DNA of 64,000 nucleotides, taken from the NCBI GenBank assembly GCA_951406725.2, contig OX597831.1:2356001-2420000 (forward strand). The letters are read 5' to 3'. The notes under the pieces were generated by a model. The model was not told where the DNA came from and did not search any database. It saw only the letters and a list, made by a program, of their open reading frames with translations. How positions within the stretch are numbered: the first letter of the stretch is position 1; every line of letters begins with the position of its first letter. The position numbers were made by a program, and so were the translations under genes. Below, one piece after another: positions 14,599-26,196 of this stretch. The stretch comes from Octopus vulgaris (lineage: Eukaryota).

Positions 14599-15574
14599 GG
14601 AGCTTTTAAATATTTATAAAATCTGGGAAACCAATTTCAGTTTGTTTCCCATATTGTGTTGGTGAGTGTGTGTATGTGCATTCTAAACTTGATACACAAG
14701 TTTTATGAATAATAATAGGTGGCTGAGTCATGAGCAAGGCAGCTTGCTTTGAGCCAGACAGTGAAAAGCTGGATTATATCTTGTCATTGGCACTATGCTG
14801 GGTCACTAGAAAGGGCATTTGACTTTCCTAATTCAGTTTACTTATTATGAACAGGTACCGTGGGGAGGTACAAATCAATTAGCTTTTAACAGAAACCAAG
14901 CAAAAGAAGGAGTCCCTGTAGTCACTTGACCTGCAAAACTAGCAGTCAAATCTACCTCAAATCACCCTGTTCTATATTTAGAAAGGATATGTGGGATGAC
15001 GCTGTCCTGGGTTCCCTATACAAAAGAAAAAAGACGGGATGGTCAAGGCTGTAATACCTTGAGTAGGGCTGACCTGTAATGACAAATAGTCCAGCAAACT
15101 GTAGGTGCTGCAGCTTAGCTGTTAATGGGTATTATAGAAGAATGCAGTTAATATACATTAGAGAAGAGTGTAGTTCTCTGCTTTAAGTAGCAGAGACCAT
15201 AGTGTGTATTTGACGAGTGAGTCTTTTGATTGATAAACCATCCACAAGAGATAAAAAAGTGAAGGGTCTCTGAAACCTTTAATGCAATGGAAACTAGTAG
15301 ATGCTCTGTTAATGGTAGACAATAAAAATAAAAAGATAAATATTGGCAAGACAAAGGAAGGTTGAAATCACGTGATCTAATTGTCTTGGAGCTGAAAGTG
15401 GCAGGGATTATAAACAAGAATGCATTTTGGACCAGAAGACAATATGAGAGTTTCTCTCACGGTGACTACTGCAGTATAAGTTTGTTCTAACAGAACATCC
15501 ACATTTGAGAGGAGATAAATATTACCTCTCGGTACTAATGCTACCTCTGCTGCTAACAAATATGCTTTAAAAAG

Positions 15575-15727
15575 AGTGGCTGTGTGGTAAGTAGCTTGTT
15601 TACCAACCACATGGTTCCGGGTTCAGTCCCACCGCGTGGCACCTTGGGCAAGTGTCTTCTACTATAGCCTCAGGCCGACCAAAGCCTTGTGAGTGGATTT
15701 GGTAGATGGAAACTGAAAGAAGCCCGT

Positions 15728-15779
<52 letters not shown>

Positions 15780-15985
15780 CGTGTATGTTTGTATGTCTGT
15801 GTTTGTCCCCCCAACATCGCTTGACAACCGATGGTGGTGTGTGGTAAGTAGCTTGTTTACCAACCACATGGTTCCGGGTTCAGTCCCACCGCGTGGCACC
15901 TTGGGCAAGTGTCTTCTACTATAGCCTCAGGCCGACCAAAGCCTTGTGAATGGATTTGGTAGATGGAAACTGAAAGAAGCCCGTC

Positions 15986-16036
<51 letters not shown>

Positions 16037-16244
16037 CGTGTATGTTTGTATGTCTGTGTTTGTCCCCCAACATCGCTTGACAACCGATGGTGGTGTGTGG
16101 TAAGTAGCTTGTTTACCAACCACATGGTTCCGGGTTCAGTCCCACCGCGTGGCACCTTGGGAAAGTGTCTTCTACTATAGCCTCGGGCCGACCAAAGCCT
16201 TGTGAATGGATTTGGTAGATGGAAACTGAAAGAAGCCCGTCGTG

Positions 16245-16282
<38 letters not shown>

Positions 16283-16500
16283 CGTGCATGTTTGTATGTC
16301 TGTGTTTGTCCCCCCAACATCGCTTGACAACCGATGCTGGTGTGTTTAAGTCCCCGTCACTTAGCGGTTCGGCAAAAGAGACCGATAGAATAAGTACTGG
16401 GCTTACAAAGAATAAGTCCCGGGGTCGAGTTGCTCGATTAAAGGCGGTGCTCCAGCATGGCCGCAGTCAAATGACTGAAACAAGTAAAAGAGTAAAAGAG
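15575..16500 (+). mobile_element. SINE family B (tRNA head, CORE-like domain, internal microsatellite): two 3'-truncated units plus one complete unit in tandem
   Basis: TGTGTGGTAAGTAGCTTG...CACCTTGGGCAAGTGTCTT...(TA)n recurs at ~15580, 15838 and 16094, nearly identical. Confidence 0.9.
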
Positions 16501-17146
16501 TATATGCGGATATGAAATAGGATGGTCTCACCACCTTCAAACCGTCCAACCCATGACTGTATGGAAAATGGACATTAAATGATGAGATTGCTGTCATGTT
16601 TGAATGACATCATGCAAAGACACATGGAATGTAAACATCATGCACATGTAGACACACACACAACAGACTTCCATACAGTTTCCATCAAATAATTTCATTG
16701 ACAAGGACTTGGTCAGTCCAAGATTAGAACAGAAGACATTTGCTAAAGGTATTATTAGGCAGACTATTTAAGAATATACATCTAACTTTGCTCTCATATA
16801 GATTTAAAGTTAGAATATCTAGAAAGAACGTATAGTTGGCCAGGCAATCAAAGATTCATGATTTTGAGTTAGATTCAATTTATTTAGCTTTTATACAACA
16901 AACAGAACACATTAAATCAGGTTCATTGTATACGAGCTGATAGCCAGAATCAATCATCCAGTAGAGAAGAATGGAGAGTAAATAAGTGTGAAATTACATT
17001 ATTGAGCATAAATTGATTTTAATTAAAAATATATATTCGTATAGAAAATTAATTCACATGTTCAGTGATATGTTATATTAATTTTTGATACGCTTTAATG
17101 CACTTTTTGGTTTCTACCTCAATCTATGTCACATGTTGTTTTGTGT

Positions 17147-17188
<42 letters not shown>

Positions 17189-17205
17189 CATACATACACA
17201 CACAC

Positions 17206-17985
17206 ACGAGGTCTGATCAATAAGTATGTGGACTGTTGCCATAGTAACGAAGCTAATATGTGGAGTGAAGCCACTTGGCAAAGATTGAACTTGAACTCTG
17301 CTGTGCATGTGTACTAAGTTTTTAATGTTCTAGTTCACTTCTGCTGTTTACAGCAGTGCTTGGAAGGAAGGTGTGTAGCATGTGATCATCACATTGACCA
17401 TGACAGAGAAAGTTGCCATGGTGATACCTGCTCAGAGGCCTATGCAAAGCTGCAGAAAGTGTATGGCGAGGAGTGTATGAGCTGCATACAAGTGTACGAG
17501 TGGTTCAGACGTTTCCAAGATGGCCGAAAAAATGTTGATATTGGCAAACGTTCTGGGAGACACACAACTAGCAGAACTGAGAAAAACATTGCAGATGTGC
17601 ATGCAGCTGTGAGGGCAAATCGTTGAATCACCATCCGTGAGTTATCAGAGGACGTTCAGATTAGTTATGGTTCACTTCAGTCCATTATCACTGAAGATTT
17701 GGGTATGAGACACATGTCTGCCAAGTTTGTGCCAAAAATGCTTTCAGCTGAACAAAATGACACCTGGGTTTCAGTTGCACAAGATCTCCTTGATTGTATC
17801 GAGAATGAAAACTTTTTGAAAACATGGTGTAGGCCTCTGAGCAGTTATTGCCAAGCTTTTGGCAAAACTTGATGTAGATTCTCTGCTCAACTTTCTCTGT
17901 CATGGTCAATGCAACGATCACGTGCTACACATCTTCCTTCCAAGTACTGCTGTAAACAGGGGAAGTATGCTAGAATGTTAAAACA
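17206..17985. mobile_element. Rearranged mariner remnant with two 5' ends in inverted orientation
   Basis: Plus strand encodes HTH fragments (CSEAYAKLQKVYGEECMS..VYEWFRRFQDGR). ~17823-17985 is an inverted copy of the 5' region (MTEKVEQRIYIKFCQKLG on minus) matching ~17320-17440. Confidence 0.8.
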
Positions 17986-18520
17986 GTGCACATTTTCTTT
18001 ATCTTTTATTTGTTTGTCATTGGACTTTGGCCAGGCTGGAGCGCCACCTTGAAGAATTTTAGTCGGATGCGCAAGGAGACGTGATCTTTGGTTTAAAAAT
18101 AGGCGGCGAGCTGGCAGACACGTTAGCACGCCAGGTAAAATGCTTAGAGTTATTTCGTCTGTCGTTACGTTCTGAGTTCAAATTCTGACGAGAATCGACT
18201 TTGCCTTTCATCCTTTCGGGTCCAGTACCAGTTTCGCACTGGTGTCGATGTAATCAACAATCCCTTTGTCTGTCCTTGTTTATCCCCTCTATGTTTAGCC
18301 CCTTGTGGGCAATAAAGAAATATATATATATGAGTGAGGGAAATGGAAAACAGATTTCTCTCACTCATTATAAACTCAACGAACACTGCAGGATTCCTGA
18401 CGTGGATCCAGTGACAATTATATTGTAACTGTGGATGACATCAGGTAGTCTAAATAGTGAAAGAGCTTTAATCAGCATACGAGAAAGTTCAAATATACCC
18501 AAAGTTCAAATAATTATACA

Positions 18521-20235
18521 TACACAAAGTGGAAGTCAAAAATTATCTGCACATTCCCCCGCCCAAATTTCTTTAGGTTGGCTGCACTGCTTTCAGCACT
18601 TGCATGCAAAATGGTCGTACCCTTGTGGTTACATAATCAAGGTTTGACCATGATTGCTCCAGTTTTCTTTCTTGTATTAAAGAGTAAACATGGTCGCTCT
18701 GCTGGTAGTGTGCACCAAGGAAGAACAGAGATCAATGATCTGATTTCTCTGGTTTGAAGGTGTGTCAGGGGCTGAAATTCATCACAAGCTTTCACTACAC
18801 TACAATGAGGGAACAGTACTCTACCACATAGAAGTGTGTAAGAGTGTATCAAGAAGTTTAAAAATAGCTAGTCAAGTGTAAAACCTGAAGAGGGAGCAAG
18901 GTGCCCATTAACCTCCACCACATATGTAAAGATTTAATAAGATCATGAGATGGTTCTGGCAAACTGATGAGTGACCATCAATGAAGTAGCAGGTTTTCTG
19001 CAAATTAGTCATGGTTCTGCATACAAAATCATCTACAACAAGTTTCACTTCTGCAAGGTCTATGCAAGATGGGTGTTGAGAGAGCTTATGGAAGTGCATA
19101 AGCACAATTGTGTGGAGATCTATCAACACTTTCTTGGCTGCTACAACAATGGTGAAACTTTCTTGGAGATTCTCACAGGAGATGAGACCTGACCTGAATC
19201 CATCACTATGAACCAGAATCCAAAGGCAGAATTTGGAGGGGAAGCATCTGGAATTGCCAGCCAAAAAGAATTTCGTGACAAACTTCTGCAGATAAAAAGA
19301 TGCTTGCCATTTTGGTGGGCACAAATGAACCTATACTGGAACATTATCAGGAAAAGGGGTCTACAGTCACCAGCGTAGGCCACATTGAAGTGCTTGCAAA
19401 TAAACCAGCAATTCGCACCAAATGCCAAGGTCTGTTGTCAAATCAAGTGTTATTGTGGCACAACAAAGCACACCCATATACGGCCATCCTCACCATTGAA
19501 AAACTGGGTTATGATTTGCTGGGACACTCTGCATCCAGTTTGTATCTCACCCTTTCCAATTATTACCTCTTTGGACCACTCAAACACTCCTTATGAGGTC
19601 GTCAACTTGCTACAGATGAAGAGGCAGTGCATAAATGGTTGCACAACCAGCCAAAAGCTTTCTTTTCCAATGGAGTAAGCTAGCCTGTGGACCACTGCAA
19701 GGAGTGCATCGGAAAGCAAGGAGACTAGGTCGGAAAATGATGTAAGGCGCAGGAGTGGCTGTGTGGTAAGTAGCTTGTTTACCAACCACATGGTTCCAGG
19801 TTCAGTCCCACTGCGTGGCACCTTGGGCAAGTGTCTTCTACTATAACCTCGGGCCGACCAAAGCCTTGTGAGTGGATTTGGTAGACGGAAACTGAAAGAA
19901 GCCCATCGTATATATGTATATATATGTGTGTGTGTGTGTGTGTATGTTTGTGTGTCTGTGTTTGTCCCCCTAGCATTGCTTGACAACCAATGCTGGTGTG
20001 TTTATGTCCCCGTCACTTAGCGGTTCGGCAAAAGAGACCGATAGAATAAGTACTGGGCTTACAAAGAATAAGTCCCGGGGTCGAGTTGCTCGATTAAAGG
20101 TGGTGGTGCTCCAGCATGGCCGCAGTCAAAATGACTGAAACAAGTAAAAAGAGAAAAAAGAGAAGTGTTCAACACCTGTATTTGTTTTACTAAATCACAA
20201 AAAAAAGAATGAATATAATTTCGACTTATCCTCAT

Positions 20236-20236
<1 letters not shown>
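18521..20236 (+). mobile_element. Degenerate mariner transposon interrupted near its 3' end by a SINE
   Basis: Transposase fragments ARWVLREL, ILTGDET, WHNKAHP and NYYLFGPLK lie across frames. Degenerate TIR-like ends at ~18521 and ~20236; SINE at 19745-20150. Confidence 0.8.
19745..20150 (+). mobile_element. SINE family B, full length
   Basis: GGCGCAGGAGTGGCTGTGTGG head to GACTGAAACAAGTAAAA tail. Other copies: ~1715-2076(-), 9510-9905, 12330-12605, 25833-26432(-), 43302-43685, 45031-45355. Confidence 0.9.
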
Positions 20237-20266
<30 letters not shown>

Positions 20267-22872
20267 CATACATATATGGGTATGTATGTATACACACACA
20301 TGTATATATGTGTATGTGTGTGTGTATATACTAGGCATTACATACTACTTTGTTTTAGCTATCACAGCCATGGCCATGCTGTAGCAATACCGTCATGCTT
20401 CACAAGTGAGAATATGTTCATATGCTGTAAGGAGACATGAATGAAAACTCTGAAGAAGCAATGACATTTGTAAAGAAAATTTAAACGTTTAGTGGGTAAC
20501 ACAGAACAATTAAGCTTAAAGTATGTGTGGGGGGAGAGGAAAGACATAAAAGAGTAAGGATAGAGGTAACCAAGCAAAGAAGGTGTTAGTAGAACACCCA
20601 GTTGACATAATGAAGGGGTGGGAGTAATGACAATTATGAGTTACAGACTAAAACACAATTGTGAATGGGAGGTGCTAATATGTTGCGAGTGATAAGTCTT
20701 TAAGTAGAAATACACACACACACACACACAGAGAAAAAGATAAGAAGGAAGAGAAAAAAGCATAAGAAAAACAGGAATGTCAATGTATACATGTGAAGGG
20801 CAAAGGGTGAGAATGTGTGTGTGTGTGTGTGTGCGCGTGTGTGCATGCATGCACGGATTAGCCAAAAGTGCTGACGAATGTAAGAAGGTCAAGGTTAAGA
20901 TAATGAAACAGGAAGATTATTAGGAAAAGGAAAATATTTCATTTAAGCTGGTTATACAAGATTTTGCCTAGAGTAGAGATAAGTTGCTTCTTATGCTCAC
21001 AGATATGTGATCTGTGGTATAAGGCAACGTTGCACACCTAGAGGTAGTGAACGATGTGGCCGGATGAGTTGAAATGATAGGCTGGAGTTCTGCAGATACC
21101 CTGAGTTTTGTTGTAGACGAGATGCTTACAAAAACAGTACTCTAGTCACCACTGGCTATGAATAATGGTTTCAAATTTTGGCACAAGGCTAGCAATTACA
21201 TCGACCCCCAGTACTCAACTGGTACTTATTTTCATCAACCCCGAAAGGATGAAAAGCAAAGTCAACCTCAGCAGGATTTGAACTCAGAATGCAAAGATGG
21301 CTGAAATGCCACTAAATATTTTGTCCAGCGTGCTAACAATTCTACCAACATGCCATATCCCACTATAAATGATACATTGAAAAGTTCGCATGTAACAGAT
21401 AAGATTGGTAAAGATAGAGGAATTTGAGGCTGGTTACAATGATAACAACAGCAGAATGGGAAAAGGTTAATGCACTTACTGGGTTTACAGTTAAAACTGA
21501 AATAAATCTAGGTAGTACTTAGTGGGCAGTCACTAATTCTGAACTATGACAAGGCTAGCTCAGTAACAGCAAAAGTTCTACATCTAGAAATAGTTAAATA
21601 TAGTAATAACCATTATACAGTGCTACCAGCATCTGTGGACTGTAGCTATTAGGACAATCTCTAGGTTGTACACTTGGAGAGAAACAATTATATGCTACAT
21701 ACAAAATATTAGATAAAATGTTTATTTTGGCCAAAGATAATACAGGCTTCTTTGCTAATACTACTAGAGTGACCAACACTTGTGATTAGTAAAGAGCTGC
21801 TCACAGTAATAGGATTCCACTAATCCATTTCTAATCATTATGTAAATCTTAATCTGCTATGAATAATGATATCAAGTGGCATTAATTGTTGAAGAAGCTC
21901 TGAAATTGAAATTAGGCTAAATACATCAAATTTAGCGAACAGGTTGTTAAAATCTCACAAGTATCTCATTAGAAATACCCCAATGATTGAACAAAATATA
22001 TATTAATAGAAGGAAGGAAGGTACACACTTTGCACTCAACAATAATAGATTATGAGGAAAATATGTAACAGAAAAATGAAATAAATAAATAAATAACTAT
22101 GGCTGAATTTGCCCTGATTAAATTTATGTTTACACACACACACATATAAATATGGTCACCTGAAAAACCACCTTGAATGAGTTTCTGTGCAGCAATTGAG
22201 AGACTCACCATACAAAAAACTCTACACCATGTATTGAGTACTCTTTCTTTCATTGCTAAACTAGAGAGAGAGGATGTGTGTGTGCGCACATCAAAACAGA
22301 AGACTGAAAAAATTTGGCATATTTTTAAAATTTTATGCTGCATGTATTTCATTACAAGATATGAGTTACAAACAAATACTTGTAGAAAAAACGTACAGAA
22401 TCTCCTATCCATAGTTCTACAGCTTGGATTATAACCCCTTCTATTCCATATGTATATATGTGTGATTTATCTTTCTCATTTATATCAATAAACTACTCTC
22501 GACATACATACATGTGTGTGTAAATGTTTATCATATGAAAAGTTGACAGACTATTGAGAGTTTGACCCTGGGCTGAGATGTTTGACTGTCCAGTAGAATA
22601 AACTGTTTGCAGTTTACACATCAGGGTGCATTGACCTTGGAAAAGGATGTGTGGGTGGACTGATGATTACTTTTGAAAACTAATTTGAAATGTGAGTAAT
22701 TACAATGGAAAGATATTGTATGAATAGATTGGGACAATCCTTAACTCTATTCATGTTTGCTAATAGGATGAAACTGAGTAGACTTTTGATTAAAAAACAT
22801 AGCTATATCCTCTACTCAACATATTGAGTTCTTCACTAAATCATATTTGCACTAGATAAAAAAATATTTTTA

Positions 22873-23800
22873 ATATATTTTATAACTGCTTGGCAGCAAG
22901 CTGGCAGAATCGTTAGCACACCAGGCAAAATAGTTAGTGGCATTTCATCCATCTTTATGTTCTAAGATCAAATTCAGCCAAGGTCGACTTTGCCTTTCAT
23001 CTTTTCAGAGTCAATAGATTAAGTACCAGTTGAACACTGGGGTCAACGTAATCAATTTACTCCTTTCCTCAAAATTGCTGGCCTTGTGTCAAAATTTGAA
23101 ATCAGTATATTTTATAACATTTCGGCAGCGGGCTGGCAGAATCATTAACCTGCCAGGTAAAATGCTCAGCAGCATCTCAACTGTCTCTACATTCTAAGTT
23201 CAAACACTAACAAGGTTGACTTTGCCTTTCATCCTTTCAGGCTCAATAAAATAAGTACCAGGTGAGCCCTGAGGTCGATGTAATCAACTTACTCTCTACC
23301 CCTTGTGTCAAATTTTGAAATCAATGTATTTAATAATTCTTTGGCATTGAGCTGGCAGAATTGTCAGCACACTGAGCAAAATGCTTAGGAGCATTTCAAC
23401 TGTCTTTACATTGAGTTCAAATGTTCCCAGGGTCAACTTTGCCTTTCATTCTTTCAGGTCGATAAAATAAGCACCGGTTGAACACTGGGTCAATGTAATC
23501 AACTTACCACCTCCCCCACAATTACTGGCCTTGTGCCAAAATTTGAAATCAATATATTTTGTAATTCTTTGGTGGTGAGCTGGCAGAATCATTAGCATGC
23601 CAGGCAAAATGCTTTGTGGTATTTTATCTGTCTTTACATTCTGAGTTCAAATTCCGTTGAAGTCGACTGCCTTTCATACTTTCAGGGTCAATAAAATAAG
23701 TACCAGTACTCAACTGGGGCTCGATGTAATCAATTTATCCCACCTTCCAAAATTGCTGGCCTTGTACCAAAATTTGAAATCTATATATTTTATAACTCTT
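22873..23800 (+). repeat. Four head-to-tail diverged copies of a family-A-type SINE
   Basis: Heads (GCTGGCAGAAT) recur at ~22892, 23124, 23343 and 23571. Each ~225-bp unit ends in AAATTTGAAATCAATATATTTT. Confidence 0.85.
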
Positions 23801-24708
23801 ACATTATGATGTATGTGTGTGCATGTGTGTGTCAGTCATTGTCATTTTAATGTATACTCATCGAAGCTCACTTGGGTTTGATGAAATTTTGTTAAGGCAG
23901 ATTTTCAATGGCCAGATACCCTTTCTGTAGTCAACCCTAACCTGTTTCCATGTAAGGTAATATTTCTCAGTGACTGGACATGTTTTCACAGAAGATTAAG
24001 AATGAAGGACCCCACTTGCAAAACAGAGGTAGTTGTTTGCAACTATCATGCAGTATGAAGGAAAGAAAACTGTAACAAACACACATGCACATACATAGAT
24101 ATATGATGAGCTTCTTACAATTTCCGTCAACCAAATCCACTCATAATGCTTTGGTTTGCCTGGGGCTGTAGCAGAAGATACAAGATATCATGCAGCAGGA
24201 TTGAACCCAAAACCATGTGGTTTGGACGCAAACTTCTAACCACACAGCCATGCCTGTATAGTACAAATTTATTCTTAAACAAGACTGTTGTTGAAAGTGA
24301 CTTCGAAATTTCAGCCAGCTAAGTTCCAAAACTTTGAAGTTACTGTTAACAACATTCTTGTTTAAGAACAATAAATTTGTAGTCAACAAAAGTATGAGTA
24401 GCCCATGAGATTAATGTAAAATTGTTTTTATTGTAACTGAACATAAAAATAATACATTTATATATATATTATACACATATATATAGTTTGATGATGATCA
24501 TGCAAACTTAAAACCATAACACACATATCTGACAAAAGTAAGGTTATTGTTCTTTTGTGACACTTGGTGTCATGTGATAGTTCATTAGCATGATCATCAT
24601 TACACTATATTATACATCTTCAGTATTTACAGTTCTATATTTAAGAGATGAGGAATTATGTACATTATTTACATTTGACGGATATTTGTCCTCATCTTGT
24701 TTGCTGTT

Positions 24709-24754
24709 AACACACCGTTTCAGCTGATATACCCTCCAGCCTTCATCAGGAGTC
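24709..24754 (-). ncRNA. Degenerate minimal hammerhead ribozyme (left arm of fold-back)
   Basis: Minus strand: GACTC CTGATGA A GGCTG..CAGCT GAAAC GGT GTGTT. GGT replaces GTT at the cleavage triplet. Confidence 0.6.
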
Positions 24755-25031
24755 TTGGGGAAATTTCGAACCTGGGTTTTCATTCCTAAGGTATTTTTCG
24801 ATGTTATTATTATTAATATTATTCAGGTCACTGCTTGGAATCGAACTCAGAATCTTGGGGTTAGTAGTTCGCGCTCTTAACCGTGGGCATATGGCATAAT
24901 GGTTAAGAGCGCGGGATACTAACCCCAAGATTCCAAGTTTAATTCCAGGCAGTGATCTGAATAATATTAATAATAATAACAACATCGAAAAATACCTTAG
25001 GAATGAAAACCCAGGTTTGAAATTTCCCCAA

Positions 25032-25077
25032 GACTCCTGATGAAGGCTGGAGGGTATATCAGCCGAAACGTTGTGTT
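25032..25077 (+). ncRNA. Minimal (Penelope-type) hammerhead ribozyme
   Basis: CTGATGA (25037-25043), stem II GGCTG/CAGCC, GAAAC, loopless palindromic stem III AACGTT, then GTGTT pairing with upstream GACTC (one mismatch; the 62.7 kb copy has ACAC). Confidence 0.75.
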
Positions 25078-26001
25078 AACAACAAACAAGATGACAAATA
25101 TCCGTCAATTGTACATAATGTAAATAATATATCTTCAGTATTTTCCTGTGTATATATGTGTGTGTGCGTGTGTGTAGACAATTGCATACAGAAGTGCCGA
25201 TCATTTAAAATGGATGGAACTTGTGGAAGAGCGAGACCCAGGAAGACGGGACAAAGTATTGAAATGATTAAGAACCAAGATATCTGGTACATTGCTTTAC
25301 GGAAGAAGACCCCTCCACCACAGCAGAATTAATACTGGTGATGGTGTCACGTTAAAAGCAGCCTGTACACTCTGTGGAAGGGTTGGCAATAGGAAGGACA
25401 TCTTGCTATAGAAACCATACCAGAACAGACAATGGGGCCTGGTGTGGCTCCCCTGGCATTACCAGCTCCAGTCAAACTGTTCAACCCATGCCAGAATGGA
25501 AAATGAACATTAAAAGCTGATGATGATGATGTCAAAAGAGAGTCAACTTCACCTATGACCTACAGCAAAATAAGACAGACAAGTGCAACAATACTCAAGC
25601 ACCTTGAAAATACCAAGCTAATTTCATGTTTTCATTTATAAAGTGTTAATCTTCCACGCATCACTGATTTCAGCTAATCTACCACTGAATTCCATCTTGA
25701 GAGTATTATTAACTTTGTATGCTATTATTAACTTTGTATGTATGACAACAGGTGGCGTGGGGATGAGGTTATTTTGTGTCTATTCATAAGCAGACCTATC
25801 TAGAAGTATTCCAGCCATTACATCTGTATTTTTTATCCTTTATCTTTTGTTTCAGGAATAAGACTGTGGCCATGCTGGGGCACAGCCTTGAAGAGTTTAG
25901 TTGAATTAATTGACCTTAGTACTTTGCCAAACGTTATGGTGATGTGAACACACCAACATTGGTTGTCAAGTGGTGGTGGAGGACAGACACAAACACAGAC
26001 A

Positions 26002-26061
<60 letters not shown>

Positions 26062-26158
26062 ACGGGAAGCTTTATGAAAATAAACAAAAGACGAAGGCAG
26101 GTGGAGTACAAACAAACAATTGTATTAGTATGGCGCTCAGGAATATAAATAAAACAAG

Positions 26159-26196
26159 TCTTTTACGTTTCGAGCCTACGCTCTTCAACAGAAAGA
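26159..26196 (-). ncRNA. Variant minimal hammerhead motif inside a Penelope-like terminal-repeat fragment (~26062-26240)
   Basis: Minus strand: TCTTT CTGTTGA A GAGC gtag GCTC GAAAC GTA AAAGA. Stems I and II are perfect and the cleavage triplet is GUA, but the core is CTGTTGA rather than CTGANGA. Confidence 0.6.

Larger units (their letters stand above)
24629..25130. mobile_element. Fold-back (inverted dimer) element: tRNA-like head plus Penelope-type tail with hammerhead ribozyme in each arm
   Basis: ~24655-24882 is the reverse complement of ~24901-25128. The 13-bp direct repeat ATCTTCAGTATTT flanks it (24616-24628, 25131-25143). The tail matches sequence downstream of the GIY-YIG remnant at ~62620-62704. 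Confidence 0.85.

Noticed and set aside
13813-14665. Six long ORFs (186-253 aa) rich in Y/I/M/C/H
   Set aside because: Open only because the alternating purine-pyrimidine microsatellite has no stop codons.
22873-23800. Regularly spaced repeats suggestive of a CRISPR-like array
   Set aside because: Eukaryotic context, whole units are homologous SINE copies, no unique spacers and no cas genes.
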